Assembly (NCBI GenBank): GCA_964591445.1
Contig: CAZQAW010000002.1
Coordinates: forward strand, 3,394 to 67,393
Origin: an uncultured Candidatus Saccharibacteria bacterium
Lineage (GTDB): Bacteria; Patescibacteriota; Minisyncoccia; Phycocordibacterales; UBA9973
Length of the DNA: 64,000 nt
Reading direction: 5' to 3'
This document shows positions 36,441 to 45,020 of this stretch, piece after piece; positions within the stretch are counted from its first letter, which is position 1; each line of letters opens with the position of its first letter. Made by a program: the position numbers and the translations under genes. Below the pieces are notes generated by a model. It was not told the DNA's origin. It saw only the letters and a list, made by a program, of their open reading frames with translations, and did not search any database.

Positions 36441-36905
36441 ATGAACAGAAGCGATATAGAAAAAAGCATACACGACCTTTTCCGGGCAACGAATCTCACT
36501 ATCGACGAAGTGGTGGTGAAAGATGATGAAGACACAGGCATGGTATGGTTTTCTATTCGTACGAGCGAGCCGGAACTTTTTATCGGCCGAAATGGTGAAA
36601 CACTTCAAGCTTGGAACCATATCGTTCGCAAAATGATCGAGAAACAACTTACCAGAGCGGAAACCTTTACTGAAATCTTGATCGATGTAAACGACTATCA
36701 AAAGAAAAAAGTAGACAGTTTGAAAACAATAGCTCATATGATGGCTGAACGCGCACGATTCTTCAAATCAAGCGTCGATGTCGAGCCGATGTCCCCTTAT
36801 GAAAGAAAGATTATTCACTCATATCTTGCAAATAAAAACGATGTGACAACAGAGTCTGCGGGCGAAGGACGAGACAGGCATGTGGTGATCAAATACGTTG
36901 GTTAG
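36441..36905 (+). CDS. jag: Jag/KhpB/EloR RNA-binding protein (KH plus R3H)
   Basis: IGRNGETLQA, DVNDY, PMSPYERKIIH, SAGEGRDRHVVI. Confidence 0.93.
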   Translation: MNRSDIEKSIHDLFRATNLTIDEVVVKDDEDTGMVWFSIRTSEPELFIGRNGETLQAWNHIVRKMIEKQLTRAETFTEILIDVNDYQKKKVDSLKTIAHMMAERARFFKSSVDVEPMSPYERKIIHSYLANKNDVTTESAGEGRDRHVVIKYVG

Positions 36906-37020
36906 CCGCACAAAAGAAAAAGCATTCCGGAGACCTTGCGCAGGCTGTCGAGCCGAGCAGAGCAAATTTTCAGCAGAAAATTATGTCGTGTCTCCGGAAT
37001 GCTTTTTCTTTTGTGCGGCT
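36904..37020 (+). repeat. Conserved-core element with locus-specific inverted arms (family D, copy 2)
   Basis: Perfect 31-bp arms AGCCGCACAAAAGAAAAAGCATTCCGGAGAC around CTTGCGCAGGCTGTCGAGCCGAGCAGAGCAAATTTTCAGCAGAAAATTATGTCGT. Confidence 0.85.
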
Positions 37021-37022
37021 TG

Positions 37023-38624
37023 TTAATTTAACTTCAAACTCCACAAGCTCGAATCTTTTTTATTGATGAAGAAAAGTTTGGTGCCGGTAGAGTCGATGGC
37101 GAGTGATACTGCATCGATATCTTGCCCGACGCTTTCAGTCGGAGTTTCGATGAGCGTATTTGTTCCAGTTTCAAAATCTATTTTCCAGATCACGTCAGAA
37201 AAACTCACAAGACCTTGGTACCACACGTCCGGATATTCCCCATTTGCCATTGCTGTTGGTACGCCGCAATAGGCAATGGTGTTTGTTGCAAAGACGCACT
37301 TTGCCGGCAAGGTTGTAAATGGAAATGTCGTTCGTGTCTGTTTTGCTCGGTTGTAGTCGTTGAACGTCACTATTCCTCCGACAGTTGCGCTATACAATAC
37401 ATGGTTTTTGTCTGGGCTCATAAGCGTAGTAAGGCCGTTGATCGGGCCAAGGATTTTTGAAGTTGTTTTTTTGTCTGTATCGAGCATATACGCATATCCG
37501 GGCACGGCGCTCGAAGCTTTTGTTGTAAGCAAGACTGTGTTTGTATTTACAAACTGCGGTTTCCATTCACTAAAAGGTGATTTGAATACAGAAGTTGTCT
37601 TGTTTTGCGTTGGCATGAACACATCGCCGTTTACTCCCCCGTCAAAACGTGTAAGATAAAATGTTCGTCCCACATCTCCTTTCACGAAAGACAAAATATT
37701 TTCCGGCAAAAACACCCCCTTGAGTTCTGTGTTTGTATTCTCTACGCCGATCGTATGTGTTGGTACTGTGCCGGCAAAAGTTTGAATTGCTTTTGTGTCT
37801 TGGTTGAGATATCTCATGACCACAGTTTCGCTTCCTGGTATAAATATCGCTTCGTGTACGCGTGGAATGGTTGTCGTTGTAACTTTCTCTACGCTCGGAC
37901 TATCGAGCAATGTCTCATATATACGCCCGGTCGCTTTTTCGGCGTAACGCACCACTTCTTTTTTAGTGATCTGAGGTGGAGGCACAGGCTTGGTGCACTG
38001 GAATGGAGTATTTAATTTTTCTCGTGTTGCTGCATCAACTTTGCCTGTTGGTTCTTGTGTTGCTTCGTCAAAAATAAAGAAGATTCGTTGGAAAATTTTC
38101 ACCGCGTTTTCTGTTGCCAGATCAAAAGTTGTGCTTTCCTTCCCCGGAGAACCGACGCCACTTGGCGCGATCTGTAGTTCACCGCACTGGTTGAAAAGTT
38201 TTTGCAGTTCTTTGACGTCAGTGTTCTTGGTTTTAATTCCCAGATCTTTTTTAAATACAAAAGTTGTTTGGGCTGTAACAACCTCTTTGTCTTCTTGTAC
38301 TTGGCCTGGCATGACGTCGACTTGCGCAAAGCCAAAACCTGCAACTGGATTTCCAGAAATCTGAATGAGCTTCTGTTCTTTGCTTGGAGTTGTATTTGTA
38401 TCAGTTTCTGCTGGTGTTGTGTCCGGAGTAAGCGGAGTTTCATTTTCGTCTACTTTTGTATTTGATCCAAAAGGAAAGAAGTCGCGAAGCGTGATCCCGC
38501 TTCCGTCTTGTAAAGGCTCGCCTGTGGCGGTCGTCGCAGATCTGCCTTTTAAATAAAGCAAACCGCCAAAGACCGCAGCCCCGACAACAATGAGTATGAC
38601 AATGATAATAAGTGCTTTTTTCAT
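37023..38624 (-). CDS. Membrane-anchored protein with a peptidoglycan-binding domain and a probable beta-propeller
   Basis: N-terminal TM; DVKELQKLFN...G.PG.E...F..AT.NAVK.FQ...TG.VD.ATR.KLN; SPD/D..G repeats. Confidence 0.75.
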   Translation of the reverse strand: MKKALIIIVILIVVGAAVFGGLLYLKGRSATTATGEPLQDGSGITLRDFFPFGSNTKVDENETPLTPDTTPAETDTNTTPSKEQKLIQISGNPVAGFGFAQVDVMPGQVQEDKEVVTAQTTFVFKKDLGIKTKNTDVKELQKLFNQCGELQIAPSGVGSPGKESTTFDLATENAVKIFQRIFFIFDEATQEPTGKVDAATREKLNTPFQCTKPVPPPQITKKEVVRYAEKATGRIYETLLDSPSVEKVTTTTIPRVHEAIFIPGSETVVMRYLNQDTKAIQTFAGTVPTHTIGVENTNTELKGVFLPENILSFVKGDVGRTFYLTRFDGGVNGDVFMPTQNKTTSVFKSPFSEWKPQFVNTNTVLLTTKASSAVPGYAYMLDTDKKTTSKILGPINGLTTLMSPDKNHVLYSATVGGIVTFNDYNRAKQTRTTFPFTTLPAKCVFATNTIAYCGVPTAMANGEYPDVWYQGLVSFSDVIWKIDFETGTNTLIETPTESVGQDIDAVSLAIDSTGTKLFFINKKDSSLWSLKLN

Positions 38625-38625
38625 A

Positions 38626-40191
38626 TTATTTACAATTACCTCCGTAGACCGAAAAGTGTGCGGCCGATATATCTCTCCAAACTAATATCTTAGATGGGTT
38701 GACTCCTCCGTTTACTAAAGTGGTTTTTTCTGCCGCCGTTTTTACTTCATATATTGCACACAAGCCGGCATTTTGCGCACTCGTTATAAATAGTTTAACA
38801 TTTTCTGCTGTTGGTGAAGCTCCGTCAAAGTTCGCGTCAATACATGTGCCAGCTGGGTGACAAGCAGCTTTATGTGTACGTGACGGCTGCCATGCTTCGG
38901 TCACTCCCCATTTTTCACCAATGGCGCTGCTTGCAAGTGCGGTCGTCATCGTTTGCAAATGCTGCTTCAGTATTTTTTCTACTTTTGTTCCCCTGCTGTT
39001 TTTGATAGGAACATCTACACCACCAGCTCCACGCAGTTCTATGCAATCTGTCGGACATCTTCCTGTGCCTTGTGGGTATTCGATGTTCAAGACAGTGCCG
39101 TCTTCTGCTACTTCTTCTACTGTGATAGTTTGCTTGTTTAGATCCAAATTGATCTCAAGCAGTTTTGGATTGAGCGTATTTAATATCGCGTACGCGCCAA
39201 GTACCAAGATAAGACCCAAGATCGCGTTTGTCATTCTCCCCTTCGCGCTTTCTTTGCTTGTGATGACATCGCTTGACATGTATTCAATACCCCCAATGAC
39301 AAGCATAAGCACAGCGAGCACTCCGGCAAGCGCAATACCGATACGGAATATGATTTTCAAATAATCTGCTACTTTTGTATCAGTGGTGTCGATTGTTGAA
39401 AGTCCGGGAAGTGGCGCAAGCAAGCAGTATTGGTTTGGAATACAACCAGGTTCTGTTGCGGCACTTACGCCATTGCCAGAGTTCAAAACTTGTCCGGGTT
39501 TTGCAGATGTGCGGAAGAATCCGTCGAAATAATTTGTATTGGTTGCGGTATTGTAGACCTGATAATAATAGTCTGTGTTGCCATTCAAATTTTTGAGTTC
39601 TATTTTTGCGTTAAATGTCCCTGGCTGTGTACTTTTGAAGAACTCACCAAGTTTTTGATCGTATGTCCCCGGTCCAGCCGAACTATACCGTGCTCCAAGA
39701 GTAAACGATCCTGTGCCTGCAATTATTATCTTTAAATTGATAGTTGCTTCTTGAAATCCAGCATTCTGGGTATCGAGCAATACTGATACTTCTTTGTCTG
39801 TTACGTCTTTTTCTTTTTCTGTTTTGAAACAAATATCTGATCCATATATCGGCGTCTGAGTACTACTGCTTGCATCAGTTACAAAGATGCAATAGTCTGT
39901 ATCTATTTTTAGGCCCGTAAGGCGTTTTGAGAGCATATTGTTTGGGCCAAGTGCAAATGGGGGCGTGAAAACAAATTGAGTTCCATCGACTCCGTTTTCT
40001 CTATACCCAATTTTTATGCTTGATCCAGTTGGTTCGAGAATCTTTCCTGTAATAAGGGCAGAGTTTATTGTCTTCTCTTCAACTTTCATGTTAATTGCCT
40101 GCACAGCATCTGCTGTAAAAGGCACAATGAACACTACTGCAAGTAGTGCGATGACTGCATATTCTTTTATATAGCCCAAAAGCTTTTGCAT
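38626..40191 (-). CDS. T4SS pilin-like (TrbC/VirB2-type) protein with FN3-like domains and a C-terminal putative metallopeptidase
   Basis: YCLLAPLP...IALAGVLAVLMLVIGGIEYM...AKGRMTNAILGLILVLGAYAILNTLNPKL; C-terminal H-x6-D...H. Confidence 0.75.
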   Translation of the reverse strand: MQKLLGYIKEYAVIALLAVVFIVPFTADAVQAINMKVEEKTINSALITGKILEPTGSSIKIGYRENGVDGTQFVFTPPFALGPNNMLSKRLTGLKIDTDYCIFVTDASSSTQTPIYGSDICFKTEKEKDVTDKEVSVLLDTQNAGFQEATINLKIIIAGTGSFTLGARYSSAGPGTYDQKLGEFFKSTQPGTFNAKIELKNLNGNTDYYYQVYNTATNTNYFDGFFRTSAKPGQVLNSGNGVSAATEPGCIPNQYCLLAPLPGLSTIDTTDTKVADYLKIIFRIGIALAGVLAVLMLVIGGIEYMSSDVITSKESAKGRMTNAILGLILVLGAYAILNTLNPKLLEINLDLNKQTITVEEVAEDGTVLNIEYPQGTGRCPTDCIELRGAGGVDVPIKNSRGTKVEKILKQHLQTMTTALASSAIGEKWGVTEAWQPSRTHKAACHPAGTCIDANFDGASPTAENVKLFITSAQNAGLCAIYEVKTAAEKTTLVNGGVNPSKILVWRDISAAHFSVYGGNCK

Positions 40192-40192
40192 G

Positions 40193-41188
40193 TTATTTGA
40201 TGATATCTATATAAAACGATTGTGTCGTAAGCTGGAAAAGTTTCGTTACGCTTTCAAGTTCAAGCCCTACTTTTGCTCGCCCATTCTCCCCTCCGCGAAC
40301 TACGAGCAAGTTTCTTGGAAGCGGAGTTTCTATTTTATTGTTATTGATACTCCATTTGTAAGCGATTTCGTTTGTGTTCGGATCTTTCACCGAGAAGAAG
40401 TATGGTTCTGCCACGATGCTTGCTTCTTTAGAAGTCAGCCGGTATCCGTTGTTGAGCGCTTGAGCAAAGAGTGTTCCCTGAAGCGGCGATTCTTCGTAAA
40501 ACACAACTTTCGGTTTACCTGGAACGATAGTTATGCTTGCCTCGCCTCCAGTCGTCTGACTTGTTGCGTTTACTGAAATAGTCTCTTCCTTGTTCAGATA
40601 GCTTGCTTTGAAAGTAAAAGTATTCTTGCCGTAGCCAGATGCACGTTGGTCGATAGTATAATTCTTTTTCCAGTTGTAAGAATACGCACCTGCTCCGCCG
40701 TTTGTAGATTTTGCATTTGGAAGCGCCACCACTTTGATGGTCGCTTCTGAGCTTGGCAATGCTTTTCCTTCATAAAACGGCGGCACGTATGAATCAAGCG
40801 CTTCCCACAGCATGTCGAATTCCGAAGGAGTGATAACGACCTGTTTTTCAAAAGTAGCGCTGTTTGACTTGATGACGGCGCGGATGGTTGTAGATACGCC
40901 AACGTCTGGCGCACGTACTGAAAATGTTTTAATGCCATTTGCATTACTTTTGAGTTTTCCATCTTGGTACCAAGTGATTTGAGAAAGATTGAGGTCAACA
41001 CTGTAGCTCGTCAAAGTAATGGTTACGTCTTGGTTCGGCTGTGGATTTTCCGGCGCCACAGTCATGCTGATATCGCTTGCGGTTAAGGCACTTTGAGCAT
41101 AAACATTTCCAGCTCCAAAAACCGAAGCCAAAAAGACAAGTGCGAGTGTGTGCACGAGGAAAACTTTGTAATGAAAACGAGAGTTCAT
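40193..41188 (-). CDS. Secreted Ig-like protein of the T4SS-like cluster
   Basis: Signal peptide; PENPQP...ITW..DGK...WEA.DSYVPPFYEGKALP...AEPYFFS. Confidence 0.65.
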   Translation of the reverse strand: MNSRFHYKVFLVHTLALVFLASVFGAGNVYAQSALTASDISMTVAPENPQPNQDVTITLTSYSVDLNLSQITWYQDGKLKSNANGIKTFSVRAPDVGVSTTIRAVIKSNSATFEKQVVITPSEFDMLWEALDSYVPPFYEGKALPSSEATIKVVALPNAKSTNGGAGAYSYNWKKNYTIDQRASGYGKNTFTFKASYLNKEETISVNATSQTTGGEASITIVPGKPKVVFYEESPLQGTLFAQALNNGYRLTSKEASIVAEPYFFSVKDPNTNEIAYKWSINNNKIETPLPRNLLVVRGGENGRAKVGLELESVTKLFQLTTQSFYIDIIK

Positions 41189-41234
41189 TAGCTTAAGTAT
41201 AAAATACTTTGTATGAAAATACGAGGGAAAAGTC

Positions 41235-43067
41235 TTACTTTACACCCTTCTCTGCCATTTCGAGTTCGTCTTTAGATTTCTTGATTGCAAGCACTTGCGA
41301 CGGGTCAGACGTGATGATCTGGTCTTCGGTATAAGACGAGATGATTTTGATAGCGACGTGTTTGAGTCCGGCAAAGAAAATACCTTCTCCGACGTTTGAT
41401 TCAAGAAGCAAATATTTCTCTTCGTCTGTGAGGTTAAAGGTTTTTTGGAGTAAGTCGATCGATGACGGAGACTGTTTAAGTAGAAGTTGGAGCGAAGAGT
41501 TAGTAACAATCGGCACGCCGTACGGGCTTTTCATAAAGTCCCCTACGTCTTGAGTGATCGTACAAAGTCCAAGGTAGTATTTTCGGCCACGCTTTGCGAT
41601 CGAGTACAAGAACGACGCTGTATCGTCGGATTTCATCATCCACCACGCTTCGTCGACAACGAGCAAGCGCTTTTTCAAATTCTTGCGCACTGCGTTCCAA
41701 ATATAGTGCGTGACGATGTACATGGCAACCGGTTTCAATTCGTCTTCCATGTCGCGCACGGAAAAAACGACGAACTTTTTGTTGATGTCGACGTTTGAAG
41801 GCTGGTTTAAAAATGTAGACCATGAACCGCGAGTGAACTTTGCCAAGCGCTGAATGAGAGACTCACTTCCCTCCATGCCAGCTAAGACCATTTCAAAGTC
41901 AGTCAAAAGCGGCGGCTCGATATTTGAGAAATCTGAATCAGCGGTGATGTCTTTGATCGCGTATGTTTCGGTAATCGCGCGGTCGACGATGGAATCTTCT
42001 TCCGGAGTAAGGCCGCCAAGCATGATACGGAAAAGCCCGACCAAGTTGATCACGTTTGAACGAAGCACGTCCGCCGGAGTTTCATCTTCGCGAGGAATTG
42101 GAAGATCAAACGGGTTGATGTGGTGTTCTGAAGAAAGTGCAATGTTGAAGTATCGCCCGCCGACGGCTTCGGCCAAATATTCGTATTCTTTTTCCGGGTC
42201 GATCACGATAACTTCTGTATCGAACATGAGCGTACGAAGGATTTCGAGTTTTGTCGCGTATGATTTACCGGAACCAGATTTGGCAAAGATGATCGAGTTG
42301 TAGTTTTCCAAAGAAAATCGATCGAAAATGACGAGCGAAGAGTTGTGGCGATTTACGCCATAGAGTATTCCCTTGTCAGACGTAAGGTCAAACGAAACGA
42401 ATGGAAAAAGCGAAGAAAGCGGCTCAGAATTGAGCTTTTGGTGGACGTTCAAGAGGTCACTTCCGAGAGGAATGACTGAATCAAACCCTTCTTCTTGCTG
42501 GAAAAGTGCCGGTTTCAAATAGACAAGCTTTGATTCGAGGATAGACTTGATTTCGTTCTCAATTTTAAAAAGCTCATTTTCGTTGTTGCCGTATACTGTT
42601 ATATAAAGCCCGACGTCAAAAATCTTTTCTTGCGCTTGTTGCAAATTGTCTCGCAATCCTTCCAAGTCTTGATACGCGGTGTCGAGCATCGGGTCGCGAA
42701 CAAGGCCTTTGCTTTCGCGGATGTTGATCTGGCTTTGTACTTCGGCAACTTTCTTTTGGAACTCGCGGAGGATTTTTGCAGTTTCGATCGGATGGATGAA
42801 AATGGAAACGTCAAAGATCTTGTCGAGGTTGATGATCGGAGAGAACCAGTTGTCGGAAAGATAGCGTGGATACGAAATGACGAAGAATGTGCGAGCCATT
42901 TTGTCTCCCAAGTTAAGTGCCTTTGGTTCTATTTTGAGCGCAGACGGCGCAATGATATCGCGGAATTCAAGCGTTGCCGCTTCATAAATTTCCGTCGGCA
43001 AAACCGGAAGCACCTGCTTCTTCCCCGCTCCGTCATCTTTCTTTTTTAGAAAATCAAAAAGTGCCAT
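41235..43067 (-). CDS. virB4: VirB4-like ATPase
   Basis: AKSGSGKS Walker A, VIDPEKEY, INPFD, LVVDEAW Walker B, KRGRKY, ITQ. Confidence 0.9.
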   Translation of the reverse strand: MALFDFLKKKDDGAGKKQVLPVLPTEIYEAATLEFRDIIAPSALKIEPKALNLGDKMARTFFVISYPRYLSDNWFSPIINLDKIFDVSIFIHPIETAKILREFQKKVAEVQSQINIRESKGLVRDPMLDTAYQDLEGLRDNLQQAQEKIFDVGLYITVYGNNENELFKIENEIKSILESKLVYLKPALFQQEEGFDSVIPLGSDLLNVHQKLNSEPLSSLFPFVSFDLTSDKGILYGVNRHNSSLVIFDRFSLENYNSIIFAKSGSGKSYATKLEILRTLMFDTEVIVIDPEKEYEYLAEAVGGRYFNIALSSEHHINPFDLPIPREDETPADVLRSNVINLVGLFRIMLGGLTPEEDSIVDRAITETYAIKDITADSDFSNIEPPLLTDFEMVLAGMEGSESLIQRLAKFTRGSWSTFLNQPSNVDINKKFVVFSVRDMEDELKPVAMYIVTHYIWNAVRKNLKKRLLVVDEAWWMMKSDDTASFLYSIAKRGRKYYLGLCTITQDVGDFMKSPYGVPIVTNSSLQLLLKQSPSSIDLLQKTFNLTDEEKYLLLESNVGEGIFFAGLKHVAIKIISSYTEDQIITSDPSQVLAIKKSKDELEMAEKGVK

Positions 43068-43068
43068 A

Positions 43069-43722
43069 TTATTTTTCGAGTTTGATAGACTGTGTTACTT
43101 CGCCAGGGTTAAAAATTTTATAAAAGAGTTCCACGATTTCTTCGGTGCCAAGCGCGACAGTGCGGATGCCGATGCGAGAAAGTCCTTGTTGGATGACGCC
43201 GATGCGCTGGTCGAGCTGGCTGCGTTTTTCTTCAAAGTTGATTTGGTCTGCGGTGCGTTTATCCGTCGGATCTTTTTGTTGGCCCGGAAGCAAATTTTTC
43301 AAACCGGCAATCGTCCCTTCACTTCCCAAAGCCGGCTGCGTGTATGGCACGGTGATGAAAAAGCTTTTCGTCATGATGTTGACGCTTTCGGTAAAAGAGC
43401 GGATGAATTCAATATATTCTCGAGTTTGGATTTTAAGGAGTGGTTCGAGCTGTTCTTTCATGCGGTTCTCGAGCAAGCCAAGATATGGGCGGATGTCGAG
43501 CCGGCGGGATTGCACAGAGATTTGTGTAGAAAAATCAAGCGAATTTAAAAAGTTCTGGAATTGCAAAAGCACTGCTTGCTGTTCGTCGACAGATTTGAGC
43601 GAAAGGTTGATGGACGACGCCAAAAGTACAGCGCGAATGCCGCCGTCTTTTAAAATAATGATACCGTCCCTGACTTCTTTGATCGGGACAAAATCTTGCG
43701 TTGCTTGAGCTCTGACTGCCAT
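43069..43722 (-). CDS. TraC/VirB4 N-terminal-like protein of the CPR T4SS cluster
   Basis: TQDFVPIKEVRDGIIILKDG...INLSLKS..EQ...FQNFLNSLDF; lies between prgI and virB4. Confidence 0.75.
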   Translation of the reverse strand: MAVRAQATQDFVPIKEVRDGIIILKDGGIRAVLLASSINLSLKSVDEQQAVLLQFQNFLNSLDFSTQISVQSRRLDIRPYLGLLENRMKEQLEPLLKIQTREYIEFIRSFTESVNIMTKSFFITVPYTQPALGSEGTIAGLKNLLPGQQKDPTDKRTADQINFEEKRSQLDQRIGVIQQGLSRIGIRTVALGTEEIVELFYKIFNPGEVTQSIKLEK

Positions 43723-43767
43723 TAGGTTTAGTATAGCACTTACTCTTTTATTTTATGGTGTGTATTC

Positions 43768-43879
43768 CTCCTCTCCTAGCCAGGAGAGGACTACGGCTTG
43801 CCGAGTGGTGAGGTTGTTTGTTCCTGAACTCAACCTCACCCCGAACCTTCGGTCGACCCTCTCCTAGCCAGGAGAGGGT
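43768..43879. repeat. Inverted pair of family A palindromes (BIME-like)
   Basis: CCTCTCCTAGCCAGGAGAGG...GGTGAGGTTG, spacer, CAACCTCACC...CCCTCTCCTAGCCAGGAGAGGG. Confidence 0.85.
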
Positions 43880-44290
43880 TTATTTCTTTTTCACGTCCAA
43901 CACGTCGAGCGACCATGCCATGTCTTTGAGCTTGCTTTCGGAGAGTTTTGGTACGTATGAAGATGTTGGAATCGAAGATGCAGCTTCTTTGTTTATCTCA
44001 GACTGATCTCTCGGTATTTTCTTCCAGACGTAGAGTTTGCTCTTGCCGATGTATGCGATGTATGACTGCAAGATGTCAATAAAAGGCTTGTCGTTGACTT
44101 TGTAAAATGTGAGCGCAAGTGAAAGTGCGGCAATAGGAAGCATGATAAGCACAGCAAAAAAGAACGGCAAGATTTTGTAGATGACGAAACATATTCCCGC
44201 ACCGCCGGCCAAATACAAGAATTGTCGGAACGAGAACGGCCCAAAGATCTTGTCTTCAACGTCGATGAATTGTGGAACTTTGAATTGCAT
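43880..44290 (-). CDS. prgI: PrgI-family (VirB3-like) protein
   Basis: MQFKVPQFIDVEDKIFGPFSFRQFLYL...FYKVNDKPF...YVWKK. Confidence 0.88.
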   Translation of the reverse strand: MQFKVPQFIDVEDKIFGPFSFRQFLYLAGGAGICFVIYKILPFFFAVLIMLPIAALSLALTFYKVNDKPFIDILQSYIAYIGKSKLYVWKKIPRDQSEINKEAASSIPTSSYVPKLSESKLKDMAWSLDVLDVKKK

Positions 44291-44293
44291 ATA

Positions 44294-44980
44294 TTAGACC
44301 GCTTCGCGATAAGGATCTTTCACTGGTGCTTCATTTGAAGCGGGTTTTGGTGTGGGAGGATTTGGAATTGCTGAAGGCGCAACCGGCGTATAAGTTGTTT
44401 CCTTTTTCGGCAAAGAAAATGTTCCAGAAAGTTGCTCTTTGACAAAAGAAGGCTTGCCTGAAGTCGGATTCTCGATGCCATTTAAAATATTAGCGCGGGA
44501 TTGGAGAGGAGAACTTTTTGAAGAAATTGTTACAGGCGCTGACACGGGTGTAACTTTTGGTGCCTCAATTTCAATGCCTGACTTTTTAAGCGTGTCTGAT
44601 TCGATACTGCTTACCTCGTTATTTTCTGTTTGATCGTCCTCTTCCCCCACATCGTTAATCTCTTTCAATTCTTCTCTTATCACCGCAAAGATATCTGTGT
44701 TTACTTCATCTACGATTTTACCTACCACTACAGTATCTGTAATACCAAGCTTTTCTTCAAGCTCATGTTGGTAGTTGTTTGGAGATGTTGCGCCGAGCAT
44801 CACAAATGTAGTTATGAGCTCAAGGTCTCCGAGTTGAGAAATCGTAAGGTTATTTTTTTTACCAATTTCTACTAGCTTGCGTTGGTAGTCAGAAGACATG
44901 ATAGCCTTCTGTAAAGACTCCGGCACATTTGCGTACAAGTCTTTAAGTGTCTGTATGATTTCATCTTGCGTTGGTTGCAT
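44294..44980 (-). CDS. Hypothetical protein of the T4SS cluster
   Basis: Helical N-domain, P/S/T-rich linker, C-terminal DPYRE motif. Confidence 0.65.
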   Translation of the reverse strand: MQPTQDEIIQTLKDLYANVPESLQKAIMSSDYQRKLVEIGKKNNLTISQLGDLELITTFVMLGATSPNNYQHELEEKLGITDTVVVGKIVDEVNTDIFAVIREELKEINDVGEEDDQTENNEVSSIESDTLKKSGIEIEAPKVTPVSAPVTISSKSSPLQSRANILNGIENPTSGKPSFVKEQLSGTFSLPKKETTYTPVAPSAIPNPPTPKPASNEAPVKDPYREAV

Positions 44981-45020
44981 ATATTTTTAGTATAGCGCAC
45001 TTTTTGTTTTCTAGTAGTGT

